Source: Nemertoderma westbladi
Taxonomy: Eukaryota > Animalia > Xenacoelomorpha
Reading direction: 5' to 3'
NCBI GenBank assembly: GCA_032718475.1
Contig: JAUCBJ010005512.1
Coordinates: 90,270 to 154,269 of the forward strand
Length of the DNA: 64,000 nucleotides
Shown here one piece after another: positions 45,651-58,926 of this stretch (position 1 is its first letter; every line of letters starts with the position of its first letter). The position numbers and the translations under genes were made by a program. The notes below the pieces were generated by a model, which was not told the origin of the DNA, ran no database searches, and saw nothing but the letters and a program-made list of their open reading frames with translations.

Positions 45651-46398
45651 ACTTGACCAATAGGCGTACAATAGATATAACAAATACAAATGAGGATTCA
45701 AAGCAATCTTTTACAAAGTTAATTCGAATAAAATAAAATTTTGAAAATCCACGGCATTTAGGGAATATAATTCTATACATAACCTCTCATGAATTTGATA
45801 AATTGTCATTTTATACAATTTATAACATTCCCAAAATTCCATTAATTAATAGATCATGGGAGCGGAGATTCACCCTATTAAGTATATTACTGTGCGAGAA
45901 TCTCCAATGTATAGTCAATAGCCGATAAAAATTAATAAAATCATGTATAAAGGGGAATATTGACAATTAAAGAATTACTATTAAATAGCATCCCAGATCT
46001 GTTTGCATGAGAATTACCCTAATTCTACTCCTAGCTTTCCATAATGTCACCATAGCAACAACCATGCTAGAATTAGAAGCGAGTTAAAAGAACAATAGAA
46101 AGCTTGCCCCATTGAATAGCATAAGGAATAAATAGCACCCTGCTAGTATCCAGGGATACATAACAATAACGTGGCATTCTGGAAGGCACTTGACTAACAG
46201 ACAAATGGCCCGAATGTGTACAATTTGTGACAGGAGTATGGAATTTGTGTATTTATAGGTGAATGTTACTACTAAAGTGTGTTTACAGTAGCGAGTCGCA
46301 GTTGTGAAAGTTACCCTGCCTCTGTAGCAAGAACCTCCAGTAATTCTAAGCCCTTGGGACAGACAGTGGAGTGACTCGCGCTGGTTATTGTTGTCATT

Positions 46399-48520
46399 GT
46401 GTGGCTACTACATTGGCGAGAGGCACAGCGACGACAGTACATCAGCGCTGAGGATCTTGCGCTGTCCGGGGGCATTGAGGAGGAGGCAGCTAGTCAACCT
46501 ACTACGGAGGACAATGGCCGTTATATCAAAACACCAATGTCAAAGGAACAGAATTGGACTGAATTGGACTATAGAAAATTCACCGTTCGCTATACGCATC
46601 GTAATGACATGATACATGACACGGACGACGTAGACACCGAAAGGGAAATGATTCTGTTTAAATATCATACCCAGCGGAGTCGGAATGATAAACTGAGAAT
46701 CGAACACGAAAATTATATTCGAAACCGACTCGAAAGAGAAGACGTAGAAGAATGGGATAAACGCAGTGACTTCAACGAATATTTGGAATTCTTGAGAGAA
46801 ACATATCTCAATGTAGCCAGTCAACAAAATCTAGAAACTCGATATCCTCAAGGTATACATCATAACCCTATGATAGAACTCAAACGACTCTATTTCACTA
46901 TGATGTATCTTACCGCCGATCGACCGCTACCTGTTGTACCGGATAGCTTCGAACAGATGGAGGAATATTGTAAAACTGGAGAAAGAACGCCCGCATTTCC
47001 CCTACAAGACGTGCGTCTTTGGTATTATTGCGATGAATGCCCTAGACCCAACCAACAAACGGAAAGACATAAACATCCGCGGAGACGTTGCGCTAAACAC
47101 AGTTTTACTCGCTATACTTACGGGCTTGTTCGACGTATCACCCACGCTCGCTCGACTCAAACGATCCTTAAATAAACCGATGATCAGAGTTCCGGAATAC
47201 TCGGTCAGACCTCCTCATTCCCTGGTGAGACCTCAGACTCTTAATCCTAATAGTATGACGGATCCTCCTGAACTGTACTCATTGTTCAAAGATCTAGTGT
47301 TACCCGAACAATTAGTCGGTGGCACTCCGGTTGTGGGCTCCCTAGATATTCGCCCATCCTACCTAGCCAGATTGGGACGCGGACACCCAATATCGCCGTT
47401 CAACCCGTATAATCATCCCGGTTTAACGCCGATACAACCTGTCACCGAGGTGGAAGAAAGCGTTGTACGAAACGTGTTAGACGCTATTCGACAAAAGATT
47501 GGAAAAGGAACCTACGATTGTTTAGATAAACGTAAATTGCAGCAGCAAGTCCAAGCGGTAAAGGAATTAGCCTTACCCCAGTTCGATCGGGAAATCCAGA
47601 ATCTCGAAGAAGATATCGAACTTGGACGAACCTACTCTCTACAAGAGTTTTTAGATGAACGCTTCCAACGACAAGCAGAGGAAAATCAGCTCGAGGAGAA
47701 GCACATTGAAATGGATGAGAGAGAAGAAGCAGCTTTAGCCCAGCCAGAAGCTCAAATCCTTATGACTGATCTCTATTCCAAAACCATTATTCATCCTTCA
47801 ATGGTTCCCCATTTCGGAGACAAACTCTTCGCCATGGTACAACCCCAACCGGTTGATATCAACCTAAGATCTAGAGATCTTATCGCTGACGCTCCTATGT
47901 TACAACGTCCGCCGGTCGAAGCTGCTCGTGTCGACGGTATACTCGTTGAACCTCCGGACAATCGAGCGGATCTTGTCCGTTGTATGGTACACGAGGTCAA
48001 CCTATGCGCTAGACCTTTACCGAACTAATTTTATGGGATCAAAGACCACCCTTATTATGTCAATTTAACTCAATATTATATGGTGAAACCGGAAGATCCT
48101 ACGCACAGTTTAAAGTTCACAAACTCGCATCCAGGGCTACAAGAAGTTCATAGACGACCATATGAATATAGAGCCCGAGAACGCGAGTTGGAAAGAACCA
48201 TCAAACCGAGGAAATTTCTCACTACTCACGGTCAACCTACCGCTCTCGTGCAAACGACCCGTCAGGGACCAGTAAGAGCTGCTGTCCTGAAACACGCTCT
48301 AAAGGTTGTTCGACCTCGTTCCACTGAGGTTGATATAGATCAACCGGGTACCTCGACCGGCGGATACACCGACCGTAACCCGAAACCTTCCGATGCAATT
48401 GTATTGCACCCCTCACCCAGGAGTTATAGCCCTCCTAGTAAAGTGGCTCGCCCCAAAGAGAAAAGGACTCTTGCTAGCCTCAAAAAACTTCGTAAACGCC
48501 GTTCACGTAAGAAGGACTAA
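46399..48520 (+). pseudogene. BEL-A accessory ORF after pol (disrupted; unknown function, not env-like)
   Basis: ORF pieces 46399-47175, 46934-48028 and 48080-48520. BEL-C has 14 extra nt (agtttcgagcgaaa) that join the first two frames. Ends in a basic KKLRKRRSRKKD tail. Confidence 0.75.
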
Positions 48521-48598
48521 TAGTTTAGAGTATTTTTTGTATTTTAGAAACTGTGATTTTTATATTTTATAGACTTAAATCCCATTTTCTGGGAGCGG

Positions 48599-49548
48599 TG
48601 TAAAAGCTTTTGCGGACATAACAAGTCATTTTTCCGCAATGCGCAGAATACTCTAAAATAGCCCTAAATTTGTCCAACGACACGACGGGAAGGGATTGGA
48701 GCTGGTGTGACGAAATCTATCAGCTGATTCTTTGTGGATGTGGAATTTTTCTTTGTTCTGCCTCATTCAGCCAATCAGAGCAATTTTCCCTTTATGTCTA
48801 ACAGAGGCCTACGGAAACTCGCGCAATGCATTACGGTCTTTGTTTACCTTTTTCTGAGCCTCAGAACCAGCTCGGAATTCTCTGTGCTTCTTGAGGAAGT
48901 TTCAGACTTTAGCATAGGGACATCAGATGGCTTTGATTATAAGAACGTAAATCTATTACCATATCATATCGCACCAACTTACCCAATGCATTACGTAACA
49001 CATACTGACTGTTCACCGCATTATTTTACTTCTGTTTACAGTATGTTATTAATTGTTGTTATATTAATGGATATTGCTGTTATATTTGGAGAATACCGAT
49101 AAATAATCATAAAACCCCCAATCTTCTTGATTACTGAAGGTAAGAGGAACAGGTTTACAGGTAGCAACTGCGACTTACATTATATTGGTTTTGTGTGAAC
49201 TAAATGCTATTTCATAATCCCTACATGTGTCAATTAGTATAAGTCATAACTCTTTTTTATACTTAAAGCGCCACGCCCCAAAGGAACTGTTTATATTTCC
49301 CCGAAAGTAAATATATTTGTCAGAGATTATATAGTAACGATCAATCAAATAATACAGTAGGTCTACACTGCAATAATTTCAAGGCATCCGAATCCAGTCT
49401 CCCTAAACCGACGGACTGGTGCACGGACTGGCTTCGGCTGATGTAACTTCAGTACATTAGGTAATTGTTAAATGCTAAAGTCGATTTATAAATAAGAGGA
49501 CAACTAAAATTGGCAGGTTAAACTGCTAAAGGTCTAAAAGCGCGAACA
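48599..49548 (+). repeat. BEL-A 3' LTR (internal deletions relative to the 5' LTR)
   Basis: Matches 17043-18126 but lacks ~130 bp around 17676-17806. Confidence 0.95.
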
Positions 49549-50404
49549 CACGGGTAGATTTAATAAAGGGCCACAAGGAGTGAGCGTGACCCCGCGCCCG
49601 GGTAGATTTAATATAGGCCCACAAGGAGTGAGCGTGACCCCGCGCCCGGGTAGATTTAATATAGGCCCACAAGGAGTGAGCGTGACCCCGCGCCCGGGTA
49701 GATTTAATAAAGGCCCACAAGAAGTGAGCGTGACCCCGCGCCTGGGTAGATTTAATAAAGGCCCACAAGGAGTGAGCGTGATCCCGCGCCCGGGTAGATT
49801 TAATAAAGGCCCACAATGAGTGAGCGTGACCCCACGCCCGGGTAGATATGGTAAGGCCCACAAGGAGTGAGCGTGACCCAGCGCCCGGGTAGATTTAATA
49901 AAGGCCCACAAGGAGTGAGCGTGACCCCGCGCCCGGGTAGATTTAATATAGGCCCACAAGGAGTGAGCGTGACCCCGCGCCCGGGTAGATTTAATAAAGG
50001 CCCACAATGAGTGAGCGTGACCCCGCGCCCAGGTAGATTTAATAAAGGCCCACAAGGAGTGAGCGTGACCCCGCGCCCGGCTAGATTTAATAAAGGCCCA
50101 CAAGGAGTGAGCGTGACCCAGCGCCCGGGTAGATTTAATATAGGCCCACAAGGAGTGAGCGTGACCCCGCGCCTGGGTAGATTTAATAAAGGTCCACAAG
50201 GAGTGAGCGTGACCCCGCGCCCGGGTAGATTTAATAAAGGCCCACAATGAGTGAGCGTGACCCCGCGCCCAGGTAGATTTAATAAAGGCCCACAAGGAGT
50301 GAGCGTGACCCCGCGCCCGGGTAGATTTAATAAAGGCCCACAAGGAGTGAGCGTGACCCCGCGCCCGGGTAGATTTAATAAAGGCCCACAAGGAGTGATC
50401 GTGG
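49549..50404 (+). repeat. 48-bp satellite, right part (~18 copies)
   Basis: Same unit as 16932-17042. Confidence 0.97.
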
Positions 50405-50827
50405 CCCTTATGACTTAGAAATACACCCATCGGCAACCCTTATGACTTAGGAATCCACCCATCGGCAGCCCTTATGACTTAGGAATCTACCCATCGGCAG
50501 CCCTTATGAGTTAGGAATCCATCCATCGGCAACCCTTATGACTTAGGAATCCACCCATCGGCAACCCTTATGACTTATGAATCCACCCATCATCGGCAAC
50601 CCTTATGAGTTAGGAATCCACCCATCGGCAACCCTTATGACTTAGGAATCCACCCATCGGTAACCCTTATGACTTAGGAATCCACCCATTGGCAACCCTT
50701 ATGACTTATGAATCCACCCATCGGCAACCATTATGAGTTAGGAATCCACCCATCGGCAACCCTTATGACTTATGAATCCACCCATCGGCAACCCTTATGA
50801 GTTAGGAATCCACCCATCGGCAACCCT
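50405..50827 (+). repeat. 32-bp satellite, left part (split by BEL-C)
   Basis: Unit cccttatgacttaggaatccacccatcggcaa, ~13 copies. Confidence 0.97.
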
Positions 50828-51980
50828 TGTAAAAGCTTTTGCGGATCTAGCTAGTCATTTTCCCCGCAAAGTACTCTGTAGGTGTTTTAGCGGACATAAA
50901 AAGCAGTTTTCTTACTGTGTAGGTGTTTTAGTGGACATAAAAAGCCATTTTTCTGTATGTGTACTTTAGCGGACATAACTAGCGATTTTATGCCGCAATA
51001 CGCCAAAATACTCTTGATACAGTGTAGTTCAGATGACGACATCTATCAGCTGATATGTCCACGTAGAGCTTTTTGGACCAATCAGAGCGATTTTCATTTT
51101 ATTTGCACAGAAGCCTCCGGGAAATCGCGCAATGCATTATGGTCTTTGTTTACCTTTTTTCCTGAGCCCAGAACATCGGCTGTGGAATTATTCTGTGTTT
51201 CAGACTTTAGCCAAACATTAGAATGGCTTTGATCATAGAAACGTATAACTGTTATCGAACTGGTCAGACTCAAATGCTATACATACCTTTCACCGCATTG
51301 TTTTACTGCTATTTACTGTCGGTTATTAATTGTTATCAGTTGATGGAATGTTGTTATATTTGGAGAATATCGATAAATAATCAGAAAACCCCAATCTTCT
51401 TGATATACTGAAGGTTAGAGAGACCGGTTACATATAGCAATTGCGACTTACATTATAGTGGTTTTGGAGTGAATTGAATGCTATTTCATAGACCCTACAC
51501 ATGTGTCAGTTGCTGTTCTCCTTATATATGATTAAAATTAGTGAAGGTCGGCAGATCAGTGTGCAGCAGTGTGCGGTAGTGTGCATGAGTGTGACAGATA
51601 ACAAAGCATTTCCTAAAGAATGCGCTTTATACGAAGATCATTAGCCATCCCGTTGTGTTTAGTGTAAGTCATAACTCTGTTTACATACTTAGAGCGCCAC
51701 ATCCTAAAGGAACTGTTAATATTTCCCGAAAGTGAATAATATTTGTCAGAGATTATATATTAACGATCAATCGAATAGTACAGTAGGCCTACACCGCAAT
51801 AAGGTCAGAGCATCCGAATCCAGTCTCCCTTAACCGTGGGTGAATGATCGCGCATAGGCTGGCTTCGGCTAATGTAACTTTATGTGTATCAAATACTTGT
51901 TATAGGCTAAAGTCGATTTATAACCTAGAAGACACCTAAATTTGGCAGGTTAAACTGCTAAAGGTCTAAAAGCGCGAACA
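50828..51980 (+). repeat. BEL-C 5' LTR
   Basis: Matches 62267-63435 (about four substitutions and two small indels by eye). Confidence 0.96.
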
Positions 51981-51991
51981 ATAACAGTTAT
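51981..51991 (+). promoter_or_regulatory. BEL-C PBS position: non-tRNA, complementary to an 11-mer in its own LTR
   Basis: ataacagttat is the exact reverse complement of ataactgttat at 51245-51255 (and 62702-62712). Confidence 0.7.
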
Positions 51992-53890
51992 TGCTTTCTT
52001 TATTGCAACGTAGGCAATAAAGTCGAAAAGTACCGGTCGACCGGTAACCAGTAGGCCTGACTACCTAACCACCCGAACCGGTACTTACAGCAGTACAGGT
52101 ACAGCAGTATTATTCGATTTTGATAATTATATACCGGTAGGTCTTAATATTTAATTGGGGACGCCTGGTTTTTTATTGGGATTTTACTTATTTCTGTCAG
52201 TTTTATTTATTTGTAAGTTAATATTGAGCAGAAGGCGTGTAAGCCTGCTCAGATTGTATAAATAATTTGTAGGCTGGATTGTTGTCTGGCTGTTGTTAGG
52301 TCTGAAGAGATTGCAGTGTGTGTAGAGTGTATGTCCGATAAAGTACTAGTTAGGAACGTGGGGGCATCCAGTGCTGTAAGGTAAATCCCCCCCGAAAGAA
52401 TAAGTCGTACTACTCGGTTAGAACGCATACTAACTAACCATTTCGGAGTCTGCATATACTGTAGTTTATTTAGGCTTGATAGTAGTCTGCCAGCGTTTGG
52501 TTTGTATTTTGTTTGTGTAGTCTGTACGGGTAGCGTAATATTTATTATTCAGAGTTTATGTGATTATTCGCAACATACATACCCCCAAGTTTATTCCTAC
52601 AGTAATTGTGCTTGTTATACATACCGTTATAGTTAAATTAACCCCGGTACTACATCAGGGCTGTTTGGCGTAGGTAAAGACTGGTGATTTTATGCTCTGG
52701 TCACTCCGGCAGATACCGTGGTTCTTTAAGCTGTACAAGTATTTTTAACTGCTGGTTATTTGTTGTATAAGTACTTGTACCTAATTTAGGGTTTAGTGTA
52801 CAGTGCTTTCCGAAGGTAATTAGTGTGTAGTCAGTATATTTGTGTTGTAAAGTGGTTAATAGGCACGTTAGCTATAGTAGGCTGCGGTAATTAACTTCTA
52901 GGTAGGAACACTCCGGGTACATAACGTAGTACTTATAGCGCTACGGCTATAAGTCGTCAGACGGTGGTATTTTCCTATCTATCTGGACAACGCAATATAT
53001 TTACTACTGCTTTATTATTTTCAAATACCATAGTATCCTGTCCGTTTGTAATAACCAGAAATTCTAACTCCTTGTTAGGCTGGTTTGTAGGTTTCTTGTA
53101 AAATTAACCCTAAAAATTCGTATGTGTAATTTTTGTGTTTATTTAGAGATTGTAATCTCACCCCGCAATTGTACGTAATTTGTAGTAATAAGTAACTTAG
53201 GCAAGTAGAATTATTTGTTTTAGTGTCCAACAAGTAGCACTTCACTGAGAGCGTACAGCTTCTGTGTAGTGACTCCTTCCCAGAAATAATAACATTTATT
53301 TCAAACATTGACAAAAACCCATTATACGGGTATATATATATTATAAATCAACTCAAACCGATTTATAAAATAGTAGGCCTGTCATCCATCAATTAGGTCT
53401 TAATATCAGTTGGACTACTGCTTAAATAACGGTAATAAAGTAAAGTAAAGTAACCAAGTAACACCTAAAATTCAGAAATTCAATTAATCTAAAATAATTG
53501 ACATACCGGTATTTACAATAGGCTTATTATATTTATTTCTATTAATTTGAGCTGAAATTATATACCGGTATTCTGTAATTAATTCTAGTTTATAATTATA
53601 CTTATATACTATAAGTGTAAGTTGTATACCGGTATTCATGATAGGCTTATTATATATTTATATATATTTGCGCTGAAATTACATACCGGTATTCTGTGAC
53701 AAACCTAGTCTGTAATAATACTTATATATATACTATAAGTGTATACCGGTATTCTAATATATTGTGTATATATATCGCGTTACATAGAGTAACGATATCG
53801 GTAATTAATTACTAGGCTAACAGTGATACTGAATTACTAGACTTGCTTTAACTGTAATATAGCAGTAGGCATTCAACTGTACAAACAAAC

Positions 53891-56800
53891 ATGTCTGACA
53901 CAAAGCAAAACCTGTCAGACAGTCTCCTAGATACAACCATCTGTGACCCAGATAGGAGTGCTGAACGTTTGAGACCGAAGTTCAACTCACCTCCTACTGT
54001 AAGAAAGATCATCCCTCCAGTAGTAGTATCAGACCCTAGGCTAGTCCAACACCGTAGGTCTATCATAGGCACTCAGGCTCAAGTCAAGCGGGATCAAGAA
54101 GCAGCTGTCAAACAGCAGCAACACCCTAGCCGAGAACTTATTTCTCAGCGGCCCGATAGCTCCAGTAGTTCGGATACTGTAGAGCTGACACCCGAGCGCG
54201 GAGCAAAGATGGCAGATGCGGTTTATTCGGATCCCCTTCTCATTCTTCCTGCAGCCGTACTCACTAGGGTATTGATTGCGGTGGAGGAACACCAAATTGA
54301 TTGGGCGAGAAGTAAGCGATCGACCAAGGATAGTTATGCGGGATACACAAGGGAGGAACTGAAGTCTATTGTCGAGTCGCAATGGAACTTCCCCAGACCC
54401 GGACTCCCGTTTAACTTATCGGAAGCTGCCTGGGAAGACTTATACAGGATGGGAGTGACAAAGGACACTGTGATCCAGCTGTATGGAAGAGGTCGGCAGC
54501 AGGATATGTACAGGGATTCTTCAGCTCTTTGGAGCGATTAGAGGAACAACTGTTTCAACAACACCAAGGACCTCAAGAGCAGGGAGAGCTGCTTTATAAA
54601 GTTCGAGTAAGAATCCTAAGAATCAGACTCCTCCTATCAGCCTTTGAGGAAGCTTCGAAGAGAACCCAAGACACGTCGTTGCAAGTTTCCGTCAAGACTT
54701 GGTTCCAACGGGTGAGTCTCAAGGTTCAAGGAACGACCCAGTGGAAAATTCAGCTAACTGAGCGCTCGACCCATGGAGAATCAACAGACGCTACCTTTTC
54801 TTAAGTGGAAAGCGAAGCGACAGCAGAGAAACCGCAGAAGAAGGACGCTATTGACATCTATCTGTCAGACTATCAACGATTTCTAGGTGACGAAGAGTTG
54901 AGGAGAAGGCTGGCTGGACTTCGCCCTAATAGTGAAGGAACCAAGTTTGTGCTGGACGCAATAGATGCGGAAATGCTAGCTGCGAACCAAGCTAAATTTG
55001 ATGAAAGCATCCGCATCGCTAAGGTTCAAGGAGAACAAGTAAAGAAAAAATGTATAGAAGACCGAAAGGCGGCAGCGGCGGCAGCAGCGGTAGCTGCAGA
55101 AGTTGAAAGAAAAGCGGCAGCGGCAGAAGCAGAAGCGGAAATAAAGGCAGCAGAAGTGGAAAGGAAAGCGGCAATGGCAGCGGCAGAAGCGGAACGAAAA
55201 GCGGCCGAAGTGGAAAGAAAAGCGGCAGCGCCAGAGGCAAAAGCGGCAGCTGCAGCAGTAGAAGCGGAAAGAAAAGCGGCAGCGGCAGAGGCAAAAGCGG
55301 CAGCGGCAGTGGCAGAAGCAGAACGGAGGGCATCTGAAGAGACAACCCAACTAGAGTTGGAAAATCTTCAAGAGAAGCAAGACAACTTCAATAAACAGAT
55401 AACAGCTAGTCAGATGCAGCTGATAAGTCGATCCACCCCCAAGCGACAGGGCTTTACATCATCTGATGAAGGCGATACCACCGATCCTGAAGGCGGAGGA
55501 AATAGATCTCGTCTAAGCAGGCGTAGAAGAATGCCCCACCGTCAGAAATTGCCTGATTTGCCCCCAGCTGTTAGAAGGCAACTAGCTAGCACAGACTTAG
55601 GTAGTACAGAACCCACAGACCAAATTATTAGAGTAGAAAGACTCCCTACTATAGTAGATGAGCCTGAAATAGTTAGGCCTGTTCTCGAATCCACCCCTTC
55701 GGTGATAGAGACACCTATACTCCCAGAACCTACCTCTAAATTCCCTTTGCACAGCACTAAACTACCTGTGCCCAGCAGAACCGCCCCTGAGACAGTTCCT
55801 GTCCTGGACTCCGAGCGAAATATTAACGATTTGTCGCCCGTTGTCCCTCGTCTACCCGCTACTATGTTGGCGGCTCCCGCTTCGGCGGTCGAGTGGGTGG
55901 ATGAGGGACGGCGGGGGATGGATCTCCTGCTCGGGCAGATGCAGGAGACTGTTCAACAGTTCAAGGGAACAGTAAGGGAAAGTAGGTTAGAGTTGCAAGA
56001 AGTGCAGCAGAGTATCGCGTTAGAACGCGATAAATTGGTAAATATACAAAGAGGTATACCACCACCCCCTGTAACAATGTGTCAACCTGTTCGGTCTGAA
56101 GTATTTCATGCACAACGTGTGGAGCCTACACGCATCTATACTGCTAGTGAAGTAGAAACTCCTATAGTAAACCCTATTAAGGGTAATTATAAACCTGTTG
56201 ATAATGATATTCCATATAGACTGATAATAATCCGAGAAATTTATATACCGATAACTCGATATTAAATAATACGGTGGCCCAAGAAAGTTTTACGCGTCAA
56301 ATGGCTAGAACCGAAGCCCGTCAAGCGGTAAAGGTGGGAGAGATCGTCAAGTTCAATGGAGATGAGATGAAATGGTTACCTTTTAATGAATATTACAAAG
56401 ATAACATACAGAACTCTGTGCTATCTAACGGAGAGAAACTTAGATTCCTCATCGAGTGCTTGGAAGGATCTCCCAAGTTAATGGCATTAAAGTTTATTGG
56501 ACATCCAGATGGATTAAGACAAGTTTGGGATACACTAAACATCAGGTATGGTAATAGGAATAACATAGCTAGGTATTTGTATGCAAAATTGGTAGCGCCC
56601 CGAAAGTTCATTAGCAGCGGGATTATAGAGTTTTCCGATGAGATTCAGGAGATCTGTAGACAATTAGATTGGCTAGGTAAGTCTCATGAATATCAGAGTT
56701 CTATGGTTATTGGAGCCGTGGCCTCTACTTTACCAAAGGGTGGAGTAGGTACACGCTGGGACAAGAAAGTCTTATATATGATGGAACAACAATGAAGAGA

Positions 56801-58926
56801 CCCTACCATGGCTGATCTCATGTCATTCTTAGATGGAGAGGTAAAATTACAGCTCCTAAAGCAGTCCAGAGAGAAGACACCGGAAAATAAGGTAAGTGAG
56901 AAACCCGTTTCTAGGAGAAAGGTAACACCAGTGTGTTATACAGACGACGGCAAAAGCCAGGCTTCTCAAGAAGAGGACAGTGGGAAAGACACTGAAAGAT
57001 CTTACTATGTCAACAAAGCGCCTAAAGACGTAAGTAAATTTAAGTCTCGAACCAATGACAGGAGAGAACAGGTAACAAAAACTCCTCCTATGTCTCCTAA
57101 TAGAGTTCACGGAAGAAAGCCCGAGGAAAGAACGAGAGTGCACAACGTTACCCAAGGTAAGGTGAGTAACATCAAACCAAAATGTGCGCTGTGCGACGGG
57201 CCCCACCGTTTAAGTGTGTGTGATAAATTTTTAAAGAAATCACTAAAAGATAGACGTGAAGTCATGTGGGATAAGCGGTTGTGTTATAATTGCCTCAGAC
57301 AAGGACAAAAACGGCGAACCTGTTACTCCGACGCAAGGTGTGCAAAGTGTGGCGCGAAACATCATATCTTGCTGCACACAGAATTTGAAAGAACCCGCAT
57401 GAGTCAGGTAAGTGAGCCCGAACTACATGTCCAATTCAGTGATGTGAACGACACTGACCACAGTTCTGAGATTGAAGGATTCTACACGGATGAATTCTCC
57501 GACGAAAACGAATCCTGTTATCTAATAAACACCGCAGTGTATCGAGCACTTACGTATGAGACTGAAACCGATAGCGAGCTCCACCTAACTATTCCAGACC
57601 GACAACCATCTTGGAAAGCGCCAACTTCCAACGTAGGAATCCGGGAATTTCCCATAGTGCAGTTGAGAGTCCACGGGTTAAAAAAGAGCTATATAGTGAA
57701 CGCCCTCCTTGACTCCGGCAGCACAGGAACATTCATCGACAACAGAACTAGCCGAAGACATCTTTGCTGGACAACCCAAGTTCCGAACTAAGTTGAACCT
57801 TTCAGGAATTATGCAGGTTTGGAAATCTACAGTAGCTACAGACTACTATGTAGGCGCGTTGTCCACCCCCCAGGATGAACTAGGAGAACACAGTATAAGG
57901 TTAGTAAAAATGGTGGCGATAAAGAACTTCGCTACCAGCCAAGTGGAACCTTATAACTGGGATGAAGACGATTTCACCCAGCAGCATGAGATACCTAGAT
58001 TCAACACCGACTACCCAGGGGTACAGATACTCATCGGCCAAAATGCGCATGAGGCGCTTGAGACATTAGAGAAACGGCCTGCTCGACCGCAACCATTGCA
58101 AACCTATGCGGGAAGAACAAGAGTAGGTTGGTACTTCACTGGACCTTCCCGTAGGACACTCCTGGAAAGGCTACCCAAAGATCAGGTCCATCAGGAGAGT
58201 GAATGGGAAGAAGACATCAGTGAGGGAGAGACGACCACAACTGAGGGAACACCATACTCCTCAGATAATGACGATATTAACTCTAATGTAGATCAATGGA
58301 GACATTGCCCCGAGACGATTAATCTAGCCGACATCGCTTCCAGAGGAGCAACTCCTCAAGAACTGACAGATACTCCAGACTGGTTAGGTGGACCCGACTT
58401 CCTAAGTAAAGAAGATGAATGGCCTCCCCATCTTACCACGGCTGAGATTAGACAAGCCAAGGGAGCGGAGAAAGTCAAACCTAAAACCCGGACGAGTAAA
58501 TCAAGGTTATTTAAACCCGTGATAGATCTGTCTGTACTACACATTGCCAGGGACGACGCTGTGGATCTAAACTCCCCCACCGCGAACAGATCTGTTGTGG
58601 AGATCAGAGAGAGAGACTGGAGATCTGGAACACCAGACGTCTCGCAGGGACTCTCACCTCTCCTGCCGGGAGCGATGGACCACTATAGCTCCTGGAATCG
58701 GCTTTGTAAGGCCGTCGTGTATTTGAAGCGATGTTTCTATCGTCACTATTCCAGGACGAAGAGGAAACCTGGAATTGTATTCGAAACACAACAACTCAAT
58801 CGCCCAGTTGGTCGTTTATGTTTACTGGAAAGAGACCGAGAACTGTCCGGAAACTATGGAAGGCAAGATACTCTTCCCACGACCACCTCCCTAATCCAAC
58901 AAACATCTAGGGACTCCCCAACGTAA
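53891..58926 (+). pseudogene. BEL-C gag-protease plus fused remnants of pol
   Basis: High similarity to BEL-A gag/PR with stops and frameshifts. Junctions at ~58280 and ~58762 remove RT with most of RNase H, and the integrase core. Confidence 0.92.

Larger units (their letters stand above)
28732..45777 (-). mobile_element. BEL/Pao LTR retrotransposon B, young, 17 kb, nested antisense in BEL-A
   Basis: 1.92-kb LTRs differing by about five substitutions and one indel by eye. Perfect TSD cataa (28727-28731, 45778-45782). The empty site is seen in BEL-C at ~59861-59890. PPT ggagcgg on the minus strand at 30656-30662. Confidence 0.96.
43855..45777 (-). repeat. BEL-B 5' LTR (TA..TA termini)
   Basis: Element sense 5'-tatagaatta...tcttcgaata-3'; boundaries fixed by the TSD and PPT. 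Confidence 0.95.
17043..49548 (+). mobile_element. BEL/Pao LTR retrotransposon A (decayed; ~15.4 kb without the nested element B)
   Basis: TG..CA LTR pair, 5-bp TSD cccgg/cacgg (1 mismatch), gag-PR-RT-RH-IN order with Pao-type motifs, PPT gggagcgg at 48591-48598. Confidence 0.93.

Noticed and set aside
46934-47175. Conserved overlapping-gene or programmed +1 frameshift in the accessory ORF
   Set aside because: BEL-C has 14 extra nt that join the two frames, so the overlap in A comes from a deletion.
49526-50436. ORFs of 111-300 aa over the 48-bp repeat
   Set aside because: Translation of a stop-free tandem repeat, not genes.
49549-50827. Regular 48-bp and 32-bp repeats as a CRISPR array
   Set aside because: Head-to-tail units without unique spacers, no cas genes, eukaryotic context: these are satellites.
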